Shown in pieces: positions 47,937 through 56,840 of a DNA stretch of 64,000 nt. Every line of letters starts with the position of its first letter. Positions within the stretch are counted from its first letter, which is position 1. The position numbers and the translations under genes were made by a program. The notes below the pieces were generated by a model that searched no databases, was not told the origin of the DNA, and was given only the letters and a program-made list of their open reading frames with translations. The stretch spans positions 331,847-395,846 of the forward strand of contig CAZEQZ010000001.1 in NCBI GenBank assembly GCA_964514595.1, written 5' to 3'. This stretch comes from an uncultured Candidatus Saccharibacteria bacterium (GTDB lineage Bacteria > Patescibacteriota > Dojkabacteria > SC72).

Positions 47937-48451
47937 ACTGTTTTGATTTTCACTAATTGATTTGCAATCAAACCACCAGTTAATACAGTAACTAATTGAA
48001 TTATTCCCATAGAGCTTAGAAATATACTTGGTAATTCTATTAATCTATTTAGAATTAAAGTCATTGTGAAAAGAAAGATAGCCTTTATGGCAGATGCAAG
48101 AATTACACTTATATAATCCTTCTTAATGTGTTTATATATTAAAACATAAAGGATGTTTGCGATACCAATAACTGGAATTAAATATAGGAGAAAATGAGTA
48201 GTAGTGCCAAACAGTAGACCGTATGTATAGGAGGCTATGGAAGGAAAGAATAGTGCAGGAGCTATTTGTTTAAAACTGAATTGGGTTATACCTAAAATCA
48301 AAAGAAAATTAATTAAAGAACCAAGTAGTAGTTGTGGACCTGGGAGGATGAGAGGAGTTATGAAAAGAAGAATGTAGAAGAGTGAAAGGTGTAAATATTT
48401 GTTGAGTAATATGAGATCCAATTTTTGATATATTCTGTATATATATTGCAT
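47933..48451 (-). CDS. ECF S-component-like membrane protein
   Basis: Q...GS.IN, PS, P.I.IAN, QL.T...GG pattern; all hydrophobic. Confidence 0.6.
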   Translation of the reverse strand: MQYIYRIYQKLDLILLNKYLHLSLFYILLFITPLILPGPQLLLGSLINFLLILGITQFSFKQIAPALFFPSIASYTYGLLFGTTTHFLLYLIPVIGIANILYVLIYKHIKKDYISVILASAIKAIFLFTMTLILNRLIELPSIFLSSMGIIQLVTVLTGGLIANQLVKIKTV

Positions 48452-48537
48452 ACTAAATATTACAAATATTATTTAATTAAAACAAGTTAATGAGTTATAG
48501 GTCTGTTAAACTTCTTTATTAAAATGTATATTAAATT

Positions 48538-49389
48538 ATGGAATTTGATAGAAGTAAGAAATATATCTGTTTGCTTGCACCCTCCTTTGTTTCCGAGTTC
48601 GATTATCCAGATATAGTATATCGACTAAGAGCCCTAGGATTTGACAAGGTTGTAGAGTTAACATTTGGAGCTAAGATGACCAACCTAACCTACTATACTG
48701 TATTAAAGGATAGTATAGACAAGGGGGAAAAGAAGACATGGATAGCATCGCCCTGCCCTACGCTTGTTAACTTCATAAAGGTTAAGTATCCCCATCTGGT
48801 TGAAAATTTGGTTCCTGTACACTCTCCTATGGGAAGTATGAGTTTGATTTGCAAAAAGTTTTATCCTTCTCATACCCAAGTATTTATCGGACCCTGCGTT
48901 ACAAAAAAACTGGAGGCCCAAGAAACAGGAAGTGTCGAGCACGTCCTCACATTTAAAGAGTTGGAGGAGGCATTAAAAGAAAAAAATATACCGGAAAGAA
49001 TAGACGATCCAAAATATTGTGAAAGTTTTGATAAATTCTACAACGATTACACGAAGGTATATCCAATATCTGGAGGCCTATCTAACACCTTAAATTATAA
49101 ACATATCCTTAATGATCATGATATTTTGGTGAAAGAGGGTTTAAATGATTTGGTAAAAATATTTGATAAATTTAAAGATGGAAGATACAAGCATTATAAA
49201 TTCTTAGATATTCTTAATTGCAAGGGGGGATGTATCAATGGGCCTGGAATGATAGGAAATAGGTCTATCAAAGAGAGGACAAAGAGGGTATTGAAATACC
49301 GTGAGTTTGCTTGGAAGTACGAGAAGGATTTAGGTAAAGCTGGTAGTTTAGTTGATGCAAAGGGTGTTGATTTTAAGAGAAAATTCTAA
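48538..49389 (+). CDS. Minimal [FeFe]-hydrogenase H-cluster-domain protein
   Basis: LAPSF; L1-like IASPCPT; L2-like IGPCVTKKLE; L3-like DILNCKGGCINGPG; no accessory ferredoxin domain. Confidence 0.85.
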   Translation: MEFDRSKKYICLLAPSFVSEFDYPDIVYRLRALGFDKVVELTFGAKMTNLTYYTVLKDSIDKGEKKTWIASPCPTLVNFIKVKYPHLVENLVPVHSPMGSMSLICKKFYPSHTQVFIGPCVTKKLEAQETGSVEHVLTFKELEEALKEKNIPERIDDPKYCESFDKFYNDYTKVYPISGGLSNTLNYKHILNDHDILVKEGLNDLVKIFDKFKDGRYKHYKFLDILNCKGGCINGPGMIGNRSIKERTKRVLKYREFAWKYEKDLGKAGSLVDAKGVDFKRKF

Positions 49390-49449
49390 TTTCCTTGACA
49401 AGTGTGTTCTATTTGGATAGATTATCAAATAACCTCTAATTACACGTAC

Positions 49450-51120
49450 ATGTCAAAATACATATTTATCTCGGGAGGCGTAATTTCCGGAATAGGAAAA
49501 GGTGTATCAGCAGCCTCTATAGGTTTCATCTTAAAGTCATACGGTAAGAAAATTACCATGATCAAAGCCGATCCGTATATTAATATTGATGCAGGAACTA
49601 TGAATCCTTTAGAGCATGGAGAGACTTTTGTACTAGAAGATGGGTTTGAAACTGATATGGATATTGGAACGTATGAAAGGTTCACCAATCAATCTTTCTC
49701 TAGGCCTAACTCTATGACGCTTGGTGCTGCTTTGGACAGAGTTATAAAGAAGGAAAGATCATTAGAATATAATGGGAAGTGGGTTAGTCTAGATCATCAT
49801 GTTCCAGAAGCTATAGTGGAGTGGCTAGAGGAGGTAACTAAAAAAGAGAAATCGGATATAACAATAGTAGAAATTGGTGGTACTGTAGGAGAAGTAGGAA
49901 ACAGCTTAATGCTATCGGCAAATAAAGCCCTAAAACTTAGAAATCCCAATGATGTTATACATATTCATGTGACATATCTTCCAGTTCCTCCTCGGTTAGG
50001 TGAAATGAAAACTAAGCCTGCACAGCTTTCAATTCAGCAATTAAATAGGCATGCTATACATCCGGATTTTATAATTGCAAGATCGGAGGTGGGACTAGAT
50101 AAGGAAAGGATTGAGAAAATTAGTAAATACTGTTTTGTACCACCCAATCATGTTATATCAGCTCCAGATGTTGACTGTATATATGATATCCCACTTAATT
50201 TCGAAAGTGCTGACATTGGAAAGGAGATTTTAAAATCATTAAATTTAAGAGCCAAGACTACTCCGCTTTATTCTAAATGGAGAAAGAAAGTTTCTAAAAT
50301 CAAAAATCCCAAAAAGAATCTGGATATCGCCATAGTGGGGAAATATTATAAGAGTGGTGATTTTGATCTTAAGGACTCATATGTTTCTGTTTTGGAAGCA
50401 ATTAATCATGCTTGTTGGGAATTTTCTATTAAACCTAATATTCACTGGATAGTAGCGGATGGATTAGAAAAAGATAAAAAAAGATTAGCAGAATTATCTA
50501 AGATGGATGGTATTATTGTTCCTCAAGGTTGGGGATGTAGAGGATGTGAAGGCAAAATACGAGCAGTGCAGTTAGCTAGAGAAAAGAAAATTCCATATTT
50601 CGGACTATGTTACGGCATGCAGATGGCCACAATAGAATATGCAAGGAATGTATTAGGTATCAAAGATGCTAATTCAGAAGAGGTTGATCCTAAATGTAAG
50701 GACAAAGTAATACATTTAATGGAAGAGCAACAGGAACTAATTAAAAAGAAGGAGTATGGAGGTACTATAAGATTGGGTGCTTGGCCATGCAAGATAGATG
50801 AAAAATCTCTTATATATGAAATGTATGATAAATATGGTAATGGTCTTTACAGGCCGCTTCCAGTAGTTCAGGAAAGACATAGACATAGATATGAATTTAA
50901 TAATGAATATAGAGAGATATTTGAAAAGTCTGATTTCAAATTAGTGGGTAAAAGTCCTGATGATATGTTAATTGAAGCCATAGAACTATCCAAAACTGTG
51001 CATCCATTCTTTATAGGCACGCAGTATCATCCAGAACTTAAAAGTAGATTCTTAGAACCACATCCATTATTTATGGGGTTTGTAAATGCTAGTTTAAAAA
51101 GAAAGGCCTTTATTTCTTAA
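49450..51120 (+). CDS. pyrG: CTP synthase
   Basis: GGVISGIGKG, DPYINIDAGTM, GLCYGMQ, RHRHRYE, QYHPE; start at ATG 49450. Confidence 0.97.
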   Translation: MSKYIFISGGVISGIGKGVSAASIGFILKSYGKKITMIKADPYINIDAGTMNPLEHGETFVLEDGFETDMDIGTYERFTNQSFSRPNSMTLGAALDRVIKKERSLEYNGKWVSLDHHVPEAIVEWLEEVTKKEKSDITIVEIGGTVGEVGNSLMLSANKALKLRNPNDVIHIHVTYLPVPPRLGEMKTKPAQLSIQQLNRHAIHPDFIIARSEVGLDKERIEKISKYCFVPPNHVISAPDVDCIYDIPLNFESADIGKEILKSLNLRAKTTPLYSKWRKKVSKIKNPKKNLDIAIVGKYYKSGDFDLKDSYVSVLEAINHACWEFSIKPNIHWIVADGLEKDKKRLAELSKMDGIIVPQGWGCRGCEGKIRAVQLAREKKIPYFGLCYGMQMATIEYARNVLGIKDANSEEVDPKCKDKVIHLMEEQQELIKKKEYGGTIRLGAWPCKIDEKSLIYEMYDKYGNGLYRPLPVVQERHRHRYEFNNEYREIFEKSDFKLVGKSPDDMLIEAIELSKTVHPFFIGTQYHPELKSRFLEPHPLFMGFVNASLKRKAFIS

Positions 51121-53218
51121 CATATAGTTTTGTATCCACAACCACGGCCCTGTTCTCTGTTATCATAACAGGGTTAATATCCATTGTTATTATTTCGGGA
51201 TAGGAAACAAGTAATTTCTGTATACTCATTATCAGTTCAATAAGTTTCTCCCTTGCCAGCTTAGGTTTTCCTCTATACCCATCAATTATCATAGATGCTT
51301 TTGTCTTAGAAAGTATAGCGTCTATCTTTTCTAAACGTTCGGGTACTAGAATATGTCTAATATCCTTATAAACCTCTGTATATATTCCTCCTTGTCCAAT
51401 TGCTATTAAATGACCAAATCCAAGTCCACTTTTTTCATAAATATCAGATCCTCCCTCTCTGTTAGCACCAATAAAGAACTCTAATTTACCATCTATCATT
51501 TCTTGTATCAAAATATTGGGAGCTACATTGCCCGTTGTTTTAGTTATACTTTCTTTCAACTCAACAAACTTCTCTTCAAATTCTGTTATTGTTCTTATAT
51601 CCAAGAACAAACCCTTGAAATCAGTTTTATGTGCTAAATCTCTAGATTCTGCCTTAATTGCTACGGGGAATATTGTCGATGCAAAATCAATACCCTGTTC
51701 TAAACTACTAGCAACCATCTGTTGTGGCATATCTATACCAAATTCACTCAACAATTTTATTGAAAGTTTATCAGGAAGTATTTCAATTTTATCTCTAAAA
51801 ACATACTCCGATACCTCTTCTCTACTTTTCACCTTTTTTTGATATTCATCACTGTCTACAATCTTTGTTAATTCTTTGTTTTCTTCAAATTCTGCTAATT
51901 TGGAAATTAAATGCAGTGCTTCTTGGAGGTCATTAAACCATGGACAATTATTTTCTTCTAAAATGCGTATTCCTGATTTAATATCTTTCCCTCCTAGAAA
52001 ACAGGAATAAATTGGTTTAGAAGCCTTTTGAGATATATTAGCTATAGCTTGCGCCGTTCCTTCTATTTCTGTAATTAATTGGGGAGTTAGAATAACTAAT
52101 ATTACATCAATAGACACATCGTCTAGAAGTGTTTGTATGGCGAGCTCATATCTGTCACTCTTAGCATCTCCTAGTATATCAACAGGATTTGAGATGCTTG
52201 ATTCTGGAGGAAGATTCTTTAATAGTTTCTGTTCTGTTTTTTCGCCTATTTGTGCAAGTTTTAGACTTTCTTTCTCTATATGATCTACAGCAATTATTCC
52301 AGGTCCGCCTGCATTAGATACTATTCCAATATTTTTCCCTTTAGGTAGTTTATTTATATCTATTAACTGCATTAGTTTGAATAACTCTTCTGAATTTTCA
52401 GTGAAGATCATATTCCCCTTTTTCACTGCCGCAATAGTTGTATCAAAAGAAGATGCCAAGGATCCTGTATGAGAAGAGATCGCTTCTTTTGCTTTCTCTG
52501 AGATGCCCGGGGCTATTATTAATATTGGTTTTTTAGCTTTCTGACATAGTGTTACGAATTCTTTTCCATCTGAGAATTCTTCCAGATAGAGTGCTATTGC
52601 AGATATGGTATTGTCATTAACATATAGCTCCATTAACTCATTTTCATTTATATCAGCCTTATTTCCTATGGAAACGACCTGGGAGAATCCCAATTTCTTA
52701 TCAGATGCCATATCCAATATAGCAGTACAGAAGGCCCCTGATTGAGAAATAAAAGCGATTTTTCCATCTCCAGGATTTTCTCTCGCGAAAGACAGGTTTA
52801 TCTTAGCCTTATTATTTATGAATCCCAGACAATTAGGTCCTAGCAATCTTATATTCGCACTCTTAAGTTTGTTTGTTATTCTCTCTTCCAATTCCCTACC
52901 CTGTTCCCCTACCTCTTTAAATCCTGCAGAGATAACTACAACACTTTTAACCTGTTTTGTAACACATTGATCTATAATGTCCTCTACAAATTGATACGGT
53001 ATGGCAATACATACTGTCTCCACGTTTTCCTCTATCTTCAAAATATCTGGGTACGCTTTTCTTCCCTGTAGTTCTTCATATTTGGGATTTACTGGGTAAA
53101 TTTTCCCATTATATCCACCCTCTATTAAGTTCCTTAACAAGACAGACCCTATCTTATCAGGATCTTGAGAAGCGCCTACTATAGCTATTGATTTTGGAGA
53201 AAGAATTGATGCTTCCAT
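51110..53218 (-). CDS. Acetate--CoA ligase (ADP-forming), fused alpha/beta
   Basis: LGPNCLG, SQSGA, SHTGSLA, NPVDILGDA, HKTD..G, DINP. Confidence 0.92.
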   Translation of the reverse strand: MEASILSPKSIAIVGASQDPDKIGSVLLRNLIEGGYNGKIYPVNPKYEELQGRKAYPDILKIEENVETVCIAIPYQFVEDIIDQCVTKQVKSVVVISAGFKEVGEQGRELEERITNKLKSANIRLLGPNCLGFINNKAKINLSFARENPGDGKIAFISQSGAFCTAILDMASDKKLGFSQVVSIGNKADINENELMELYVNDNTISAIALYLEEFSDGKEFVTLCQKAKKPILIIAPGISEKAKEAISSHTGSLASSFDTTIAAVKKGNMIFTENSEELFKLMQLIDINKLPKGKNIGIVSNAGGPGIIAVDHIEKESLKLAQIGEKTEQKLLKNLPPESSISNPVDILGDAKSDRYELAIQTLLDDVSIDVILVILTPQLITEIEGTAQAIANISQKASKPIYSCFLGGKDIKSGIRILEENNCPWFNDLQEALHLISKLAEFEENKELTKIVDSDEYQKKVKSREEVSEYVFRDKIEILPDKLSIKLLSEFGIDMPQQMVASSLEQGIDFASTIFPVAIKAESRDLAHKTDFKGLFLDIRTITEFEEKFVELKESITKTTGNVAPNILIQEMIDGKLEFFIGANREGGSDIYEKSGLGFGHLIAIGQGGIYTEVYKDIRHILVPERLEKIDAILSKTKASMIIDGYRGKPKLAREKLIELIMSIQKLLVSYPEIITMDINPVMITENRAVVVDTKLYVKK

Positions 53219-53219
53219 A

Positions 53220-54086
53220 TTATTTTATATGTTCTAATAGTTTTTTAATATCATACTGTTTTACCTCGTCTACCAACTCTGTTAAGGAATCTTTCCTACT
53301 ATCAAGGGATTCATAGAAGGTCTTCATGTCATTATCCTTAAACAAAATTCCTGTGTATACAGGTGTCTGATCTTTCACTAAATCTAATGCACTGTCTAAA
53401 GATTGGTTATTATAGCTCTCTACGGTTTCAATCTTTTTTATATTTTGAGCAGCCCACTGAGGAGTAAAGTCTTTGTTGTATGTGGGACATAATTGCATTA
53501 TTTCTATAACAGAACATCCTTTGTGATTAACGGCTTCTTTTATTATTTCAGTCAATTGTAGTGGATCGCCGGAATATGCTTTTGCAAAAAATGCAGGTTG
53601 GAGAGAAAGTATAAATTGAGTTATATTAATATCCCTTTCTGGCCTTCCTGAAGGCAATCCATACATTGGTTTTTCCCTCTTGGTTGCAAGGGTAGCTTGT
53701 CCTGTTGTGAGTGCAAAATTCTCGTTGTTATGTATTAGTATGGTAATGTCGTAATTGGACCTGATGGCGTGTATTAGGTGATCTATTCCTTCGTGGAAAC
53801 ATCCTCCATCACCAATATCAGCTAGTACTGTAAATTTTCTGTTTGCTAGATGTGCTCCCACAGCGAGAGGTATGGATCTACCGTGTAAGCCTTTGAATCC
53901 ATACAGATTTATTCTATCTACGCCATTTCCATTACAACCTATATCAAATGCCATAAAAACCTCTGAAGGGGAAATGTTAAGTTCAGAGAGGGCTTTCTTG
54001 AGGGCAACTTGAACAGCAAAATTGCCGCATCCTGGACACCAAGTGGGTATATTAATTGAATTGTACTGTTCTATTGGTATACTCAT
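53220..54086 (-). CDS. 2-oxoacid:ferredoxin oxidoreductase beta subunit
   Basis: WCPGCG, DIGC, LHGR, GDG, LTTGQ. Confidence 0.93.
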   Translation of the reverse strand: MSIPIEQYNSINIPTWCPGCGNFAVQVALKKALSELNISPSEVFMAFDIGCNGNGVDRINLYGFKGLHGRSIPLAVGAHLANRKFTVLADIGDGGCFHEGIDHLIHAIRSNYDITILIHNNENFALTTGQATLATKREKPMYGLPSGRPERDINITQFILSLQPAFFAKAYSGDPLQLTEIIKEAVNHKGCSVIEIMQLCPTYNKDFTPQWAAQNIKKIETVESYNNQSLDSALDLVKDQTPVYTGILFKDNDMKTFYESLDSRKDSLTELVDEVKQYDIKKLLEHIK

Positions 54087-55789
54087 TGGCTATTTAAAAA
54101 ATCTAATATATCTTCCAAAAAGAATGGTCTTCCATCATATTTAAGTACTTTTTCTTTAAATAGAAAGCCTGTTTCTTGGGAGAGTAGTTTACCCAATTGT
54201 CCCGTTTGATTATTTTCTGCCAATATTAATCGCTTTCCTTGTTTTATAAGATCAGATAGTAGTGCAGTTTTCAATGGATATATGTATTCGTAGTGAAGGT
54301 ATGTTATATCATCTCTTGTACTAATTAGATCTGTCATAACATTTTTTACACTTCCCCATCCCACAAATACTATTTCACTATTTTTACTCCCGTAGAGGGT
54401 GGGTTCAGGGATTTCATTCATCAAAGTTTCCTGTTTCCTTGCTCTTTTATCTGCCATTTGTATGACTTCTTGGGAATCATCTGTGCTTGTACCATCTTCA
54501 GTATGCTCATCACTATTTGAGATATATGGCTTCTTATCTTTAGATGGAATCCATCTAGGAGAAATACCGGAATCTGTAATTTCGTATCTTAAGTCTCCCG
54601 TACTCAGTCCTCTTTCTATTGGTATGTTCTTGGGGAGGGAAGGAAGTGAGAATATAGATTCGGAAATTTGTTTTTCTGTTAAAAGAATAACTGGAAGTTG
54701 ATATTGTTCAGCTATGTTAAATGCCTTCTGTATTAATGTGTATGAGGAGTTTGCATCACTTGCTGATAGTACACATCTGGGAAATTCCCCGTGAGATGGA
54801 GTGACTGCAAGTTGTAGATCGCTGGCTCCAGTCCATGTGGGAACCCCTGTACCAGATCCTGCTCTTTGAGATAGGACTACTACTAATGGGGTCTCCGTCA
54901 TGCCTGCACAGGATATGGTTTCAGTCATTAAATCGAAACCTCCTCCTGATGTGGCAACTAAAGCTCGTGTTCCCATGTGCATGCTTCCCATGGCCATATG
55001 TATCGCAGTAATTTCATTCTCTGCTTGCTTTACTAAAATTCCCGTGTCATTTGCAGTATTGCCAAGGAATTTAAATATGGATGTGGCTGGTGTCATTGGA
55101 TATCCATAGTATGCTCTCACTCCACAAGATATTGCTCCCAAAGATAGGGCATCATTTCCAGAGATATTGATAGATCTTTGCTTAAGAAGTTCTAATTTAG
55201 GAATATTTATTCTTTCACTCAATTCCGGTCTATATGATGGAGATGTGTGGCCTGCTAGTATGACTTTCTTTTCTGCCTCTAAATCTATATTCTTTGATTT
55301 GAAATGTTCTAATATAATTTCTATTAATATCTCTACATCTAGATTTAATATTCTCCATAGGAAACCTAATATAGCAGCGTTGGACATTATTTCAGTTCCA
55401 CCAGCCTTTATTGCAAGTTCAACTGAATCTAAATATATAACAGATATGTTGTTACGCTTGATATGCTCTTCTTGTTCTTGAGAAAAATTTAAATCCTTAG
55501 ATCCATGGATTAAAATACCGTTTTGGGATACTGTATTAAGATAGTGTATTATAGATTCTGTGGAAGAGGTTAGAAGGATATTGCAATTCCTAGACGAGGA
55601 GTTGATAAGTTTGTTAGAAAAATCTATCTGATAGCTTGCCACTCCACCTTTTATTAACGATGGATACTCTCTATAGGAGAATGTTTTATAGCCGTGTTGA
55701 TTTAATGCCTTGGACAGTAGCTTGCCTACAGTATTTATTCCTTGACCAGATTCTCCTGCAAATTTTACGGACAGTCGTGTAAGGGACAT
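54083..55789 (-). CDS. 2-oxoacid:ferredoxin oxidoreductase alpha subunit (gamma-alpha fusion)
   Basis: AGESGQG, GYPMTPAT, QAENE, ATSGGG, QRAG.GTGVPT. Confidence 0.93.
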   Translation of the reverse strand: MSLTRLSVKFAGESGQGINTVGKLLSKALNQHGYKTFSYREYPSLIKGGVASYQIDFSNKLINSSSRNCNILLTSSTESIIHYLNTVSQNGILIHGSKDLNFSQEQEEHIKRNNISVIYLDSVELAIKAGGTEIMSNAAILGFLWRILNLDVEILIEIILEHFKSKNIDLEAEKKVILAGHTSPSYRPELSERINIPKLELLKQRSINISGNDALSLGAISCGVRAYYGYPMTPATSIFKFLGNTANDTGILVKQAENEITAIHMAMGSMHMGTRALVATSGGGFDLMTETISCAGMTETPLVVVLSQRAGSGTGVPTWTGASDLQLAVTPSHGEFPRCVLSASDANSSYTLIQKAFNIAEQYQLPVILLTEKQISESIFSLPSLPKNIPIERGLSTGDLRYEITDSGISPRWIPSKDKKPYISNSDEHTEDGTSTDDSQEVIQMADKRARKQETLMNEIPEPTLYGSKNSEIVFVGWGSVKNVMTDLISTRDDITYLHYEYIYPLKTALLSDLIKQGKRLILAENNQTGQLGKLLSQETGFLFKEKVLKYDGRPFFLEDILDFLNSQ

Positions 55790-55829
55790 ATGATATTAAT
55801 ATACTTTATGTAAATGGATATGTAAACAA

Positions 55830-56840
55830 TTAGATGGAGCCCTCTCCGTTAAATACGGCATAGTCAAAGAGAACATTGTGCCACTTTGCCTCTGGAATTA
55901 GAACTTCTTTCCCTCTATATATACCATAACAGTTTGCGGAAACTCGAAGATTTATCATTCTAAGATTTTGCAAGCAGTTAAGTTCCAAGGGTACTGAGGC
56001 ATACTTAATACCGATTGTTCCTCCTACAGCTTTGATTCTAATTTCATCAAGGGAGTAAATCTCTCCATCTATTACTTTCTGTTCTTTCAAGTTAATTGGC
56101 ACAGAAAAATTTCTATTTTCTATAAAATACGGCTCCCAATCATTATCTAAGAAATTAATATCTTGAGAGTTACATCTTCCAGAGGAATCTGCGAAACAGT
56201 AATTTGTAATATCCTCATATTCATATTTTTTATATTCTTGAGGCTCCTCAAGGCCTGGGATATACTTGGCATATGATTTAAACAGTACAAAACCTGCCTG
56301 TGTACTCCCTCTTACGTCAAATCCTAGTAATACTTGACACAGCACATCTATCTCAAGTCCCTTTATGGGTAAACTCCAGACTTGACCTGGTCTGATTTCA
56401 AAATATGTATTTTCATCTGCCTCCCTGATAGTTAATTCGTATTCATTCAAACCTTCTTGAACAGGACAAATAGAAAGGTTTCGTATACTGTCTAACATTC
56501 CTAATCTGGAAAGTAGTGTTGATATCTCTTGAGTTGTGTTGTTTTCTTTCAACGGTGGTACTGTGCCCTCTATATAATCGAATTCTTCTTTACTCTCCTC
56601 TGTTCTTATTTTATTTATCATAGCCATAACCTCCTTGATAGGATATAGAGTTAGTTTATCTATTATTAAATCTGATATCTCCAAAGCCTCAGCAGAAGCT
56701 CTTTCTTCTAGCGTGAGTGTTTTGTCTTTTTGGGATCTAAAAAATACGGACATAGCTATTATTGAGGATACAACCATAACTACCATGGCTATTGCTAATG
56801 CTTGAGATTCATATGTTTTCTTTATTTTCATATAGACCAT
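55830..56840 (-). CDS. Pilin-like (PilX/minor pilin type N-terminus) protein
   Basis: KK..ESQ/ALAIAMVVMVV class III-like signal followed by A.AEA helix. Confidence 0.55.
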   Translation of the reverse strand: MVYMKIKKTYESQALAIAMVVMVVSSIIAMSVFFRSQKDKTLTLEERASAEALEISDLIIDKLTLYPIKEVMAMINKIRTEESKEEFDYIEGTVPPLKENNTTQEISTLLSRLGMLDSIRNLSICPVQEGLNEYELTIREADENTYFEIRPGQVWSLPIKGLEIDVLCQVLLGFDVRGSTQAGFVLFKSYAKYIPGLEEPQEYKKYEYEDITNYCFADSSGRCNSQDINFLDNDWEPYFIENRNFSVPINLKEQKVIDGEIYSLDEIRIKAVGGTIGIKYASVPLELNCLQNLRMINLRVSANCYGIYRGKEVLIPEAKWHNVLFDYAVFNGEGSI

